Assembly (NCBI GenBank): GCA_951406725.2
Contig: OX597833.1
Coordinates: forward strand, 54,684,001-54,748,000
Length of the DNA: 64,000 nt
Reading direction: 5' to 3'
From: Octopus vulgaris
Taxonomy: Eukaryota
This document shows positions 12,064 through 27,165 of the stretch, in pieces. Under the pieces are notes generated by a model. It saw only the letters and a program-made list of their open reading frames with translations, was not told where the DNA came from and made no database searches. Numbering within the stretch: position 1 is the first letter of the stretch; every line of letters begins with the position of its first letter. Both the position numbers and the translations under genes were made by a program.

Positions 12064-12373
12064 ATATACATTCACACTTCGTAACATCAAATGATTCCAA
12101 CCCTTAAAGATTCATAAATTGACATCTACTGCAGAATCCTTAAAAGTTCTTGGCTTGGCATTGGAAAATGACATCAGAAAGAGATGAGAAACGCTGGAAG
12201 AAAATAATGAAGTACTATAAGACCTCAGGTGAAATATATATATCAAGGAACTGGCCAAATCATAACCTTGGCAAAACAAGCAATTCTAAAAGACATCAGA
12301 AAAATTTGCCATCATAAGAGTTACGGGTATGATGTTGCAAAAAGAAGTTAATCTACAAATCTGTTTGCTTTAT

Positions 12374-12374
12374 A

Positions 12375-12413
<39 letters not shown>

Positions 12414-12415
12414 TC

Positions 12416-12454
<39 letters not shown>

Positions 12455-12463
12455 CATATATCA

Positions 12464-12530
<67 letters not shown>

Positions 12531-12582
12531 CATATTTCATTATTATTATTATCATTATTATTATTATTATTATTATCATATA

Positions 12583-12637
<55 letters not shown>

Positions 12638-12643
12638 CATATA

Positions 12644-12674
<31 letters not shown>

Positions 12675-12680
12675 CATATA

Positions 12681-12711
<31 letters not shown>

Positions 12712-12740
12712 CATATATCATTATTATTATTATTATTATT
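12374..12740. repeat. (ATT)n microsatellite with recurring ATCATATATC interruptions
   Basis: Direct inspection. Confidence 0.95.
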
Positions 12741-13116
12741 ACTTCTGCTTTAGTGAAGGTGAGGTATTGTTTTCTGTCGTGTTTGTTTGTTTGTCCGTGG
12801 ACAAGATATCTCAAGAACCAGTGAATGGATTTGGATGAAACCTTCAGGGATGTTTGGCCTTGTGACTGGCACGAATTGATTAGATTTTGGGATCGATTTG
12901 GTGCTGGACAAGGATTCTGGAGTATTTTTCCTGTTTTTTTTTTACTTAATTTTTGAAAGCAGTCGGGTTCATTTTTAGTATTCTCGTTTGAGAGAGCAGT
13001 CAAGTTTATTTCAGGTATTCTCGTTTTAAGAATCATCTCTGGTTAATCATTGAGGGGATGTTGGTGTTGCCTTGGGTTAGGGTTAGGGTTAGGCTTGCAC
13101 TCTCTGAGTGCTCTTG
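12739..13116 (+). mobile_element. Non-autonomous Helentron-type (HINE/DINE-1-like) element
   Basis: TTACTTCTGC..GAGGTATTGTTTTC start, (GTTT)n tract, GGATTTGGATGAAAC motif, 3' hairpin GCACTC-TCT-GAGTGC; carries a short TTAGGG tract. Confidence 0.65.
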
Positions 13117-13218
13117 ATATTATTATTATTATTATTATTATCATTATTATTATTATTATTATTATCATTATTATTATTATTATTATTATTATCATTATTA
13201 TTATTATTATTATTATTA

Positions 13219-13255
<37 letters not shown>

Positions 13256-13257
13256 CA

Positions 13258-13817
13258 TTGTGTGAGAGAGCAGTGCATGCCATCAACATAACACTGGGGT
13301 AAAAAAAAACGAAGCCCAGCATACCCATCATGACTACCCGTCTGATAAGGGTACACCAGGCACATAATTCACAACCATATGTGTGCGACATGGTGATCTC
13401 ATATCAAGATAAACAGCACATGACCTTGCAGGTGGGGCCCAGTTAGAATTTTCTTCTGGTCGAGTAACCCATCCAGCTCAAAAGGTCCCTGAATAAGGGT
13501 TGTTTAAGGTTGTCGAACAAAACACCCAAGTTTCCTGAGGTGAATTATCCAAACCTCTAAGAATTCCTTTCAACACATGGCTATGATGCTCCCCCACTAC
13601 TTCTGCTCGTGATCAGAGATGCACATATTGTCAGCCACTAAGGGACATGCTCAACTGGTTACGGTCAAACAATTGACAAGCAAATCTGTGGTATTGAGCA
13701 GAATATTTGCTGTAGCCCATCTTTTATACTAAGACAAAACAATGTACATGATAACACTTCCAATCAGTTAAGATCAGAAGCCATGAGAGCCACTGTCTGG
13801 TACTGCATCAGGGCATT
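13258..13817 (-). mobile_element. ~560-bp non-coding retroposon-like element inserted in (TAA)n
   Basis: A second, 5'-shorter copy lies at 25182-25673; both are flanked on each side by (ATT)n. Confidence 0.8.
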
Positions 13818-14411
13818 TCTATCATTATTATTTTTAATATTATTATTATTATTATTATTATTATCATTATTATTATCAAATACTAATGCATCCTCTCTAT
13901 CACTTTAGAATTTTGAGACTGGTTCTGATTTTTTTTTAATCTTGGTTTTTGCTTTGCTTATTTTTTTCTTCCTAGAAATAGACAAGTTCTGGATAGTCTT
14001 TTTAATATTATATTCAATTTGAAAACAAGATGTCCTGATGACGTTACTTTAAAAGTAAATGATTTATTTTTTTTTTTTCTCCAAAAGTTAATTTTGGTTT
14101 ACTGAAGACCTTTACAAATCTACTCAACAAGATTATCTTACTTAAAATTCTTTAAAGTGTTTTGTGGATTGAATGTTGTGGAACAACATGAAACGAAATG
14201 GTCTTGTACTGAAGGAACCGAAAATAATGGCAACAATGACATTTAGTAGTTTATAAATAACATCATCATCATCATCATCATAGTCTTCATCGTCGTCGTC
14301 GTCGTCATCATCGTCGTTGTCGTCGTCGTCGTCATCATCATTGCCGTCATCGTCATCATCATAGTCATTGTTGTTGTCGTCGGCATTAGCGTCATCGCTA
14401 TCATTATCAAT

Positions 14412-14690
14412 GAGTGGCTGTGTGGTAAGTAGCTTGCTTACCAACCACATGGTTCCGGGTTCAGTCCCACTGCGTGGCACCTTGGGCAAGTGTCTTCTAC
14501 TATAGCTTCGGGCCGACCAAAGCCTTGTGAGTGGATTTGGTAGACGGAAACTGGAAGAAGCCCGTTGTATATATGTATATATATATTTAAGTAGGTGAAT
14601 GACTTATCCTATGTTTATCGTCAGCATGTCGAGAGTAAAGGAATTTTGTTAACATCTTCGTTCGACTCCATTCTTTCATTCATTCATATG

Positions 14691-14745
<55 letters not shown>

Positions 14746-14965
14746 GTCTGTGTGTCTGTGTTTGTCCCCCCCAACATCGCTTGACAACCGATGCTGGTGT
14801 GTTTACGTCCCCATAACTTAGTGGTTCGGCAAAAGAGACCGACAGAATAAGTACTAGGCTTACAAAGAATAAGTCCAGGGGTTGATTTGCTCGACTAAAG
14901 CTGGTGCTCCAGCATGGCCACAGTCAAATGACTGAAATAAGTAAAAGAGCAAAAGAGTAAAAGAG
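14412..14965 (+). mobile_element. SINE A with a ~100-bp insertion in its internal microsatellite
   Basis: Family A modules; unrelated sequence at ~14588-14687. Confidence 0.9.
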
Positions 14966-15420
14966 CAGCATTACTATTGTCATCATCATTGTTGTCATCA
15001 TCATTGTTGTCATCATCATTGTTGTCATCATCATTGTTGTCATCATCATTGTTGTCATCATAATTGTTGTCATCATCAATGCCGCAATTGTCATCATCGT
15101 CATTATGATTAGCGTTGTTGCCAGTGCAACGAGTTATCATCATCATTGTCAAATGACAAGAAGGAGTAGAAAAAGAGGAAGAGGAGAGGACAGAAACAGT
15201 GATGCTGATAACAACACTGATGATGATGATGATGGTGATGATGATAACAATGGGTATGATGATGAGTTGGTATTTTTAAAAAATTTGGCTGCTATTACTA
15301 GCAGGCTGAGCAGCTAAATAGAACTTCTCCAAAATGACAGATATATATATATACATACATACATACGTACATACATTCACCGCTAGCATAGAAAACAGAC
15401 ATTAAATGATGATGATGAGG

Positions 15421-15455
<35 letters not shown>

Positions 15456-15461
15456 GTATGT

Positions 15462-15674
15462 AGGTGTAGCTGTGTGGTAAGAAACTTGCTCCCCAGCCAC
15501 ATGGTTCTGGGTTCAGTCCCACTGTGTGGCACCTTGGGCAAGTGTCTTCTACTATAGCCTCAGGCTGACTAAAGCCTTGTGAATGAATTTGGTAGATGGA
15601 AACTGAAAGAAGCCCATCATCATCATTGTCATCATTGTTTAACGTCTGTCTTCCATGCTAGCATCAGGTATGTA

Positions 15675-15721
<47 letters not shown>

Positions 15722-15940
15722 TTGTGTCTGTGTTTGTCCCACACCCATCACCGCTTAACAACTGGCATTTGCATGTTTACTTTCCTGTAACTTAGCATTT
15801 CAGCAAAAGAGACTGATACAATAAGTACAAGGTGTAACAAGTAAGTCCTGTGGTTGACTTGTTTGACACAAAACCCGTCAAGGTGGTGCCCCCACATGGC
15901 CACAGTGAAATGACTGAAACAAGTAAAAGAATAAAAGAAT
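15462..15940 (+). mobile_element. SINE A, diverged, with a short RTE tail inside the microsatellite
   Basis: Family A modules. Confidence 0.8.
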
Positions 15941-16082
15941 ACAAGGATATATAATGTATGTATATATATATATGCATATATATATATATATATATATGTT
16001 TACTTCGTAAAAACCAGTCGCGTTTTTTTCCCTCCGTTCGCCCACATCGGGATCTTTCTTTCTTCTTTCTTCCTTCTCTTAT

Positions 16083-16117
16083 GTTTCCGACGAAGAGCTC
16101 CGCTCGAAACGTCATAC
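16083..16117 (+). ncRNA. Minimal type I hammerhead motif in a ~215-bp element (15997-16214) inside (TA)n
   Basis: GTTT-CCGACGA-A-GAGC-TCC-GCTC-GAAAC-GT-C; palindromic stem III ACGT; paralogues at 29949-29983 and 53143-53177. Confidence 0.65.
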
Positions 16118-16209
16118 CCTCCTTCTTCCCTTTTTCCTGAGCGCCTAATAATAATAATACTTTAATTGTTCCACATGTTGTTGTTTTTTCTGTTTTCCCG
16201 TTTGGATTA

Positions 16210-16250
<41 letters not shown>

Positions 16251-16251
<1 letters not shown>

Positions 16252-16422
16252 GGCATAGGAGTGGCTGTGTGGTAAGTAGCTTGCTTACAAACCACATGGT
16301 TCCGGGTTCGGTTTCACTGCATGGCATCTTGGGCAAGTGTCTTCTACTATCGCCTCAGGCCGACCGAAGTCTTGTCAGTGGATTTGTTAGACAGAAACTG
16401 AAAGAAGCCCGTCGTATATATG

Positions 16423-16455
<33 letters not shown>

Positions 16456-16683
16456 GTGCGTGTAGGTGTGTGTATATGTTTGTGTGTCTGTGTTTGTCCC
16501 CACCAACATCGCTTGACAACCGATGCTGGTGTGTTTACGTCCCCGTAACTTAGAGGGTCGGCAAAAGAGACCAATAGAATAAGTACTAGGCTTACAAAAG
16601 AATAAGTCCTGGGGTCGATTTGCTCGACTAAAGGTGGTGCTCCAGCATGGCCACAGTCAAAGGACTGAAACAAGTAAAAGAGT

Positions 16684-16684
<1 letters not shown>
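16251..16684 (+). mobile_element. SINE A, full length
   Basis: Family A modules. Confidence 0.9.
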
Positions 16685-16755
<71 letters not shown>

Positions 16756-16762
<7 letters not shown>

Positions 16763-17056
16763 ATCACGTGACTGACCAGACCATCAGATGTTGTTACACA
16801 TCGCTGGTCACAATGCGTTCGCATTGTTTTAGCCTTCGAATGACGCCACCCCGCTGGCTAAGCGAGCAGGCCAACAGAAGAAAGAGTGGGAGAAAGAGTG
16901 GTGAAAGAGGACAGCAGGGGGATCACTCCCCCCCCCCTGCCGGAGCCTCGTGGAGCTTTTAGGTGTTTTCGCTCAATAAACACACACACAACGCCCCGGT
17001 CTGGGAATCGAAACCGCGATCCTGCGACCGCGAGTCCGCTGCCCTAACCACTAGGC
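16756..17056 (-). mobile_element. SINE C
   Basis: Homologous to 7817-8126; tail ends in CACGTGATCACGTG; flanked by (TA)n. Confidence 0.85.
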
Positions 17057-17349
17057 ATATATATATATACATATATATATACACATACAGGCATATAGTC
17101 TTATCACTTGTTAGCAAAACCTGCATATATATCATCATTGATATCATGCTGTAAATGGAATCTCAGTGAAATAATTCCCCATGTCTTCCAATTCTGGCTT
17201 TCAAAAGAATTTATGGAACAACAAGCTTTAATGGTTCAACTGTGCTGAGTTGTACCAATCATTGACTTCTTCTCCCCATAGAAAACTCTTTCTATCAAAG
17301 TGATCTTGTTGATGTGTGTGCATCTACTGTATACTTGTGAAAGAGATTG

Positions 17350-18325
<976 letters not shown>

Positions 18326-19080
18326 TTATACTTGGGTTTATTATTTACTTTTTATTTTTATAGACTGAATGAAACAATTTATTTCACTACTATATATATA
18401 TTTTTTTTCCCCCGCTTTTTTTCTTTTTTGCTAACAATTTATTTTCTTTGCGAAATTTGGAAAAATAAATTTAAAAAGAAAACAAACAAAGAAACAAAAA
18501 ATACAACTAATAAATAAAAACATGATTAATCTCTTTCGCATTTCTTCAATAATATTCCAATTGCATACATGTTAAAACCTCACAGCAACTTCTAATATTA
18601 AACTTAGTGGAGAATGTTATTTTTATATCTATAAAGGTCATAGAATTGGTAAGTGCTAGACAGCAGTGTCCAATTCAAAATCATGTTATTTCTAGCCATA
18701 ATGCCATGCCTGACCATTGTTATGGAGCTGTGAAAGCTTCGTACTTATTTTATCAGTCTCTTTTGCTGAACCTCTAAGTTACATCATGGATGCAAAGAAG
18801 ATGCCGGAATGGGAGGGAGAGAAACACAGGTAAAAACACAGGTACAACTACACAAAGTGAGGCGCTTTGGGTAAGTGTCTTCAACGAAAGCCTCAAGCCA
18901 ACCGAAGACTTGTGAGTTTATTTGGTAGGCAGAAACTGAAAGAAGCCTGTTGTATATATATACATTGATAGATTCAGATAAATATGGTACCTAAGTTGAG
19001 AATTTAGTACGGTATTATCCATACAATTTCAAAGTAAGGTGATTAAAATCAAAATAAGCAACAAGGATATCCAGAAGTAA

Positions 19081-19167
19081 TGTAGTATGATCGTTTCATG
19101 CAACTCATTTTAACTGAACAATGCAATCATTACATCAATTTGAAATGCAGAGCAATCTTCAGCCGCA
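19081..19167 (-). ncRNA. Type I hammerhead motif with long stem II, in a Penelope-like terminus (~18965-19300)
   Basis: GCGG-CTGAAGA-TTGC...GCAT-GAAAC-GATC-AT-A-CTAC; paralogue of 32073-32160. Confidence 0.6.
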
Positions 19168-19332
19168 CAAATACATAGAATTTAATTAAATTAGAACAGA
19201 TGGACACATTAGTATAATTATACCTAAAATCTCCAAGAAGTTAAGGAGATAGACAAAGAACATGCTGTCTCTACTTCAGCATAGAAGTTACTAAGTTTAT
19301 TCTTACTAATTATTATTAGTTTACTAATAATG

Positions 19333-19399
<67 letters not shown>

Positions 19400-19414
19400 T
19401 ACTACGACTACTAC

Positions 19415-19492
<78 letters not shown>

Positions 19493-20037
19493 TCCTTTCT
19501 CAAATTTGATGGGAAGGGATTAAGTTGATTACATAGACCGCAGTACTCATCTGGTATTTATTTTTATCGACCCTGAAAGGATGAAAGGTAAAGTTGACCT
19601 CGGCAGAATTTGAACTCAGACTATAAAGACAGGTGAATATAAAGACAGATGAAATGCCACCAGGCATTTGCCTGGTCTGCTAACAATTCTGCCAGCTCAC
19701 AGCCTTATTTGTAATTCTTGTATTAGATATAGTTTATGGTTGCTAGGTAAGGAGGTATAATAATACGATATGACTTTTCCACATAAATGCCATAAATAGT
19801 TTTGCATAAGTTTGTGCTAAAAGGACAGAGGTTATTTGGCTTGTTTTTAATATTCTGTTATTAGTAAAAAGATTATTGTGCCTAACAGATTATGCTTAAT
19901 CGGATCCCAAGCCTACGACACTCAATCACTTATCCATGATACAGCCGCATTAGGCATGGGGCAACCTTTTGATATATTTAAAAATTTATTTAAAAATTTA
20001 TTTAAAAAGTGTATCTTATCTGACAGCAGATAGCAGA

Positions 20038-20437
20038 GCGTAGGAGTGGCTGTGTGGTAAGTAACTTGTTTACCAGCCACATGGTTCCGGGTTCAGTCCC
20101 ACTGCGTGGCACCTTGGGCAAGTGTCTTCTACTATAGCCTCGGGCCGACCAATGCCTTTTGAGTGGATTTGGTAGACGGAAACTGAAAGAAGCCTGTCGT
20201 ATATATGTATATATATGTATATATGTGTATGTGTGTGTGTTTGTCCCCCTAGCATTGCTTGACAACCGATGCTGGTGTGTTTACGTCCCCGTCACTTAGC
20301 GGTTCGGCAAAAGAGACCGATAGAATAAGTACTGGGCTTACAAAGAATAAGTCCTGGGGTCGATTTGCTCGACTAAAGGCGGTGCTCCAGCATGGCTGCA
20401 GTCAAGTGACTGAAACAAGTAAAAGAGTAAAAGAGTA
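20038..20437 (+). mobile_element. SINE A, full length
   Basis: Family A modules. Confidence 0.9.
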
Positions 20438-20550
20438 GAGAGAGTTATCTGACAGCAGATACTGTATTGTATCTATTGACCCTGCGGTTGACATTGGCAG
20501 AATTTGAACTCAGAACAGAGAGAGCTGGAAAGGATACTGCAAGGCAGCCT

Positions 20551-21159
20551 GGCAAGACTTCCGCCCATCCCCAACAAAAACCACCCTTTTTAAAAAAAGT
20601 TTTTTTTCAACGCAAACCCCCCCTTTTCGACTACGGGTAATATGAATCTGCAAAAATATTGACATTTCTAAATTAACCCCCATCCCCCCATTTCCTTCAT
20701 TTTTAACTTTTTTCACAATCTTTTTTTTTTCAAAATATGTGGAAAAATACGGAGATTATGATTCTGAAAGAAATTTCCAAAACTCTTCGTAAAATTTATT
20801 TTTAAGAATTTTTTTTTTTTTCTAAATATGCAGGAAAATGCAGACATCATGATTCAGACAAAAGTTTCAAAACATTTCTGTACTTATGGTTACGGTTTTA
20901 GGGTTAGGGTTAGGGTTAAGATTAGGGTTTTAGGGTTATGGTTAGTGTTTTAGGATTAGGGTTAGGGTTTTAGGGTTAGTGTTGGGAAAAAGTCAAAATT
21001 GAAGAAGTTGGGGGAAAGGTGGGTAAAAAATTTCACAATGCCGATTTTTGGCAATTTTCTGGAACATCCATATCCAAAAACGGGGATTTTTGGCAAAAAA
21101 AATTACAAAAATAAACAAATATGGGGGGAAAATGGTGGGGGACAGGCAGAAGTCTTTCC
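20551..21159. mobile_element. MITE with GG-starting TIRs and 8-bp TSD (Merlin-like), with internal degenerate (TTAGGG)n
   Basis: TIRs GGCAAGACTTCCGCC / GGCAGAAGTCTTTCC; TSD GGCAGCCT/AGCAGCCT; splits a SINE B copy; TTAGGG-like tract at 20887-20980. Confidence 0.7.
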
Positions 21160-21509
21160 AGCAGCCTATCCTATGCTGTAAGACATCTGCCAATATACCA
21201 CCTTACATGATGTATGAATAATGAAACCATAGGTATGGACCAAAAGGATTTTAGTGTCTTCACAAGAATCAGGTCACATACAGTTTAAATTAATTGGTGA
21301 CACCTGAGAGCACAACCAGATTGTTTGTGCAGAGGGTGTAGCAAGATTTCTCTGGAATTAAAACAAGAGAGACAGAAGCCCCAAAAGAGCAACATGAGAT
21401 TGTGAAAACTAAGGCAGCATCCAAGTATATTAACTTTTATTGTTTAATGAATACATACAAATACATTACTCAACATCTTTATCGGGTGTTTTTACATATA
21501 TGTAGATAT

Positions 21510-21925
<416 letters not shown>

Positions 21926-22009
21926 AAAGACATACATAGATGTATAAATATATATATATAGATATAAATAGATATACATGCATATGCATATGTGTGTGTG
22001 TGTGTGTGT

Positions 22010-22045
<36 letters not shown>

Positions 22046-22076
22046 TACATATATATATATATATACATACATATAT

Positions 22077-22113
<37 letters not shown>

Positions 22114-22313
22114 CATATATATATATATATACATATATATATGTAAACTCTTTTGGTATCTATTCCTAAAGAATCAAAACTTAGTAGTAATACTTGAATG
22201 ATAATAACAACATGATGTCTTATTTTGTATTTACATTTTAACATGGTAATGTGGCAATGAAACAATTGTAATGTTATGCAATGAAGTATGTGGCTCAATC
22301 CATTTCTTCATTC

Positions 22314-22356
<43 letters not shown>

Positions 22357-22357
<1 letters not shown>

Positions 22358-22650
22358 CTCTGAGTTTTGGATGTCGGGGTGGAAATCCATGCCACCATCT
22401 CTTCAGTTATCCGGCCATTGGTAAAAATACTAATATAAGTTTTTCATAGCATTTTTTCCGGATAACTGAAGAGATGGCGGCATGGATTTCCACCTCGACA
22501 TCCGAAACTCAGAGTTTTATCACGGCTACCGAATAATTGTCACATATTACATTTACAGATAAATTTCTCTATTTACGTAATATCGAGGTCTCTTTCATTC
22601 TTTTGTTTGTCTTACCATTTCTATCTTGGAACGTTTTCAAATATGTTGTA
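22357..22650 (+). mobile_element. Penelope-like short element with an inverted HHR duplication, inside (TA)n
   Basis: 22357-22414 is the inverted copy of 22458-22515; a related terminus lies at 48668-48845. Confidence 0.7.
22458..22525 (+). ncRNA. Type I hammerhead motif
   Basis: Stem I GATAA/TTATC (extended by CCG/CGG), core CTGAAGA, stem II GATG/CATC, GAAA, stem III CTC-A-GAG, predicted cleavage after GUU. Confidence 0.7.
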
Positions 22651-22693
22651 TATATATATATTCTTGACTACCGAGTAATGTAACATATTGTAT

Positions 22694-22727
<34 letters not shown>

Positions 22728-22878
22728 TCATCATCATCATCATCATCATCGTTTAACATCCGCTTTCCATGCTAGCGTGGGTTGGACAATTTTGACTGAG
22801 GGCTGGCAAACCAGACGGCTGCACCAGGCTCCAATCTTGATCTGGAAATATATATATATATACACATACAAATACATT

Positions 22879-22912
<34 letters not shown>

Positions 22913-23265
22913 CACGCATACATACAAACACATTTATATAAACATATATGTATGCATTTCTGTGTGTATGTATGTATTTGTCTATGTGTGTGTGTATGTC
23001 TGTTAGTGTATGTGTTTATGTATGTCAGTGTGTGTACATGTGTGCATGTAAAATAGAAATGGGCAGCCAGTTGTTAATGGCATCAAAGCATTTGTAGATT
23101 AGTTATAGAGAACTGAAGCCAACTCTTGTTCGTTTGCATGGATTCTGTCTCCCATCGGTTGACACTGGATTTTAGGCATTTGATACTGGTCTGAACATTA
23201 ATCTCTCTCTATCTATTGCATGTCTTTTGATGTACACTTACCCATTATACATACATACATACGTG

Positions 23266-23304
<39 letters not shown>

Positions 23305-23345
23305 TTACATATATAAATATATATATATATGTATATGTATGTGTG

Positions 23346-23384
<39 letters not shown>

Positions 23385-23469
23385 CTATGTGTGTGGAGGC
23401 GCAATAGCCCAGTGGTTAGAGCAGCAGACTCGCAATCATAGGATTGCGGTTTCGATTCCCAGACCGGAC

Positions 23470-23514
<45 letters not shown>

Positions 23515-24233
23515 AAATCAACCCAGCGAATAAACTGACGCATGTGCAGGAAGCAAGCTTCTTATCACACAGCCATGCCTATCATCATCATCCACCTCAT
23601 CAACATCATTTAATGTCTATTTTCTATGCTGGTATGGGTTGAACACTTTGACAGAAGCTGGCCAGCCAAAGAATAGCCCAGGTTCAAATTTTCTGCTTTA
23701 GCATGGTCTTTTATGGCTGGATGCCCTTCCTAAAGCCAACCCACTTTACTGAGTATACTGGGTGCTGTTAATGTGGCACTGGTGCGGGTGCTTGTTATGT
23801 ACCACATGTAGCAAAATGTGAGTATGTTACTAAGGTACTTATCCACTTATTCCATGTTTTATAACCTCAACACAATCTTTGTAGAAAATATATGAACACT
23901 GTAATACTTTTGCACATGCAAAATTATACACATCCACGTCATGTACGTATATGAATGTATGTGTATGTAACTGTCTGTATACATAAACACACTCATATAT
24001 GTATGTGTATTAAATATGGGCACCTAGATATCCATATCCATATGTGTGTGTGTGTGCATGTGTGTATTCACATATATAAAAAGTATATGTGTGTGTGTGT
24101 GTGTGTGTGTGAGTGTGTGTGCATGTATACACACATACACATATAGACACACACATACCCACTTACATACATACTCACACACAAACACACAGACAATGTA
24201 TATTTACATTCACACACATTTATTTATATATAC

Positions 24234-24264
<31 letters not shown>

Positions 24265-24305
24265 TGTATATATACATATATATATATATGTAACATACAC
24301 ATATA

Positions 24306-24366
<61 letters not shown>

Positions 24367-25132
24367 GTGTGTATATATATATATACATACATACGCACAC
24401 ATAAACCACTTTTACTTTTAAATGATTTCAATGCTATCATCATAGCTTCTTCAAATTTCAGTATTTGCATGCTTTTTAGAGCAGGTATTTTACAGATGGA
24501 TGGCTTTTACTGATAAAAACCACTCAACCGGAAAGTGGGAATAGAAACTAATTTTGCCAAGTTTCATTGCTTCAAGTGGAATTATGTGAATTACCAAACT
24601 ATATTATGTAGTCTACATGCCATGGTTTAGTTCATGAACTGTAACCTAGGATATACCTCAATAAAGTATACATTAGAGCTATTGAACGTATGGCCCACGG
24701 GCCACATCCAGAACATGACAATGTTCAGTCTGACCTCAGCTCAGTTTTATGAAAAAACATGTCTTATGTTTAGTGCCACTTCAGTATGGCTGTTCCATAG
24801 GAATTGAATTGCTATGGTTCTATATTTAAGAGATGAGAAATTAGTTACATTATTTACGCTATTTACATTATCTACATTCGACAGATATTTGCCCTCATCT
24901 TGTTTCTTGTTAACACATATGCCAATGGAGTTAACCACTATGCCAGATGCCCACTGGCATATGGTGTAGTGGTTAAGAGAGTGGGCTACTAACCCCAAGA
25001 TTCCGAGTTTCATTTCAAGCAGTGACTGAACAACAACAATAATAATAATAATGTTTTGAACCAGTTGAAGACACATAAAATGTCAAAATATCATTCACTA
25101 AATAACAATGACACTCTTCTTTTAATTTTGAC

Positions 25133-25163
<31 letters not shown>

Positions 25164-25181
25164 TAATAATAATAATAATAA

Positions 25182-25673
25182 ATCATGTACATTGTTTTGT
25201 CTTGGTATAAAAGATGGGCTACAGCAAATATTCTGCTCAATACCACAGATTTGCTTGTCAGTTGTTTGACCTTAACCAGTTGAGCATGTCCCTTAGTGGC
25301 TGACGATATGTGCATCTCTGATCACGAGCAGAAGTAGTGGGGGAGCATCATAGCCATGTGTTGAGAGGGATTCTTTGGGGTTGGAATAATTCACCTCTGG
25401 AAACATGGGTGGTTCTTTCAACATCCTTAAACAACCCTTATTCAGGGACCTTTTGAGCAGGATGGTTTACTCGACCAGAAGAAAATTCTAACTGGGCCCC
25501 ACCTGCAAGGTCATGTGCTGTTTATCTTGATATGAGATCACCATGTCGCACACATATGGTTGTGATACATGTGCCTGGTGTACCCTTATCAGACGGGTAG
25601 TCATGATGGGTATATTGGGCTTCGTATATCTTACCCCAGTGTCACTTTGATGGCATGAACTGCTCTCTCACTC
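25182..25673 (+). mobile_element. TAA-targeted non-coding element, 5'-truncated copy
   Basis: Reverse complement of 13258-13751. Confidence 0.8.
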
Positions 25674-25677
25674 AATA

Positions 25678-25779
<102 letters not shown>

Positions 25780-25827
25780 TCGATAAATACCTTAGGAATG
25801 AGAACCCAGGTTCAAAATTTCCCCAAG

Positions 25828-25871
25828 ACCCCTGAAGAAGGCTGGAGGGTATATCAGCCGAAATGTTGTGT
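25828..25871 (+). ncRNA. Minimal type I hammerhead motif
   Basis: ACCC-CTGAAGA-A-GGCTG-loop-CAGCC-GAAAT-GT-T-GTGT. Confidence 0.65.
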
Positions 25872-26234
25872 TAACAACAAACAAAATGAGGACAAATATG
25901 AATTACTACTGTTTTAACTCCAGGAGAACGCCTTCACCAGGTGATTAATCAATGCAATCTGCACCTGATAAATATTGCATGTAAGGGAGTGAACCCCTAC
26001 TGTCTTTCAGTGACAAGACCACCAGACTGTATGGTTTCAAGATCTTTGTGCTCATCCTCAGTGGTGGATATCCATCTGCTAGAGATAGCATTATTCTTTT
26101 ATTTGTTTCAGTCATTTGACTTTAGCCATGCTGGAGCACCGCCTTTAGTCGAACAAATCGACCCCAGGACTTATTCTTTGTAAGCTTAGTACTTATTCTA
26201 TTGGTCTTTTATCCAAACTGATTAGTTAATACAT

Positions 26235-26436
26235 GTTAAGTTAAGTTAATTTTTTGGCTCAAAAAACAAAAAAGCCAGGCCATGTAGGAGGACATGGAGT
26301 TATGTACAGGGAGGGTGTTCATACAAAGAGTTCAGGCCATTTCTGGTCAAGAGAGACTTTGAGCCGAGCGGTCATCGGCATCTTCACTATCTCGTCCGGC
26401 AGATTATTCCACGGATCCGCAACCCGGACGGAGAAA
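26235..26436 (-). mobile_element. CR1 LINE 3' fragment with (AACTT)n tail, inserted in a SINE A
   Basis: FSVRVADPWNNLPDEIV..LKVSLDQKW*, a typical CR1 ORF2 C-terminus. Confidence 0.8.
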
Positions 26437-26454
26437 TACACCAACATCGGTTGT

Positions 26455-27165
26455 CAGCAGGAGTGGAAGTAGTTGCAGAAGTGGTGGCATATGTAAAAGC
26501 GGAAGTTATGGTGGAAGTAACAGTGGAAGTGGCAGCAGCAGAGGTGGTGGAAGCAATAGTAGCAGGGGCCTGGTAACAGCAATGGTGGTGGCAGCAGCAG
26601 AGGTGGTGGAAGCAATAGTAGCAGGGCCTGGTAACAGCAATGGTGGTGGCAGCAGCAGAGGTGGTGGAAGCAAAGTAGCAGGGCCTGGTAACAGCATGGT
26701 GGGGCAGCAGCAGGTGGTGGAAGCTGGTAGCAGGGCCTGGTAACAGCAATGGTGGTGGCAGCAGCAGAGGTGGTGGAAGCAATAGTAGCAGGGGCCTGGT
26801 AACAGCAATGGTGGTGGCAGCAGCAGAGGTGGTGGAAGCAATAGTAGCATGGTGGTGGCAGCCTGGTAACAGCAATGGTGGTGGCAGCAGCAGAGGTGGT
26901 GGAAGCAATAGTAGCAGGGGCCTGGTAACAGCAATGGTGGTGGCAGCAGCAGCAACAATGGTAGAGTCAGAGGTAGTGGTGGCAGCAACAAAGGCATTAG
27001 CAGCAACAGTGACAAGCAACACCATGGCAGTGGTAGTGGCAGCAGCGGCAGAGCCAAGGGTAGTGGTGGCAGCAACTAAGGCAGTAGCAGCAACAGCATC
27101 AGTAAAGGTGGGATCCTCAGCAATAACAGATGCAATTGCAGTGGCAGCAACAGTGGTTGCTTGAA
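26455..27165. repeat. ~58-bp GC-rich minisatellite (AGCAATGGTGGTGGCAGCAGCAGAGGTGGTGGAAGCAATAGTAGCAGGGGCCTGGTAAC) within a GCA/GTG low-complexity tract
   Basis: About 7 units between 26530 and 26950; unit length varies by 1-nt indels. Confidence 0.9.

Noticed and set aside
11845-12094. Poly-Glu, poly-Lys and poly-Ser ORFs
   Set aside because: (GAA)n microsatellite.
12180-12310. Possible R4/Dong endonuclease C-terminal remnant
   Set aside because: Similarity too weak to support by eye; needs tBLASTx.
20887-20980. True telomere or chromosome fusion site
   Set aside because: Short degenerate tract internal to a TIR/TSD-bounded MITE.
23394-23470. tRNA gene-like sequence
   Set aside because: Isolated SINE C head without a proper acceptor stem; the same applies to the other SINE heads.
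26387-27164. Pro/Cys/Ala-rich ORFs
   Set aside because: Minisatellite with frame-shifting unit-length variation.
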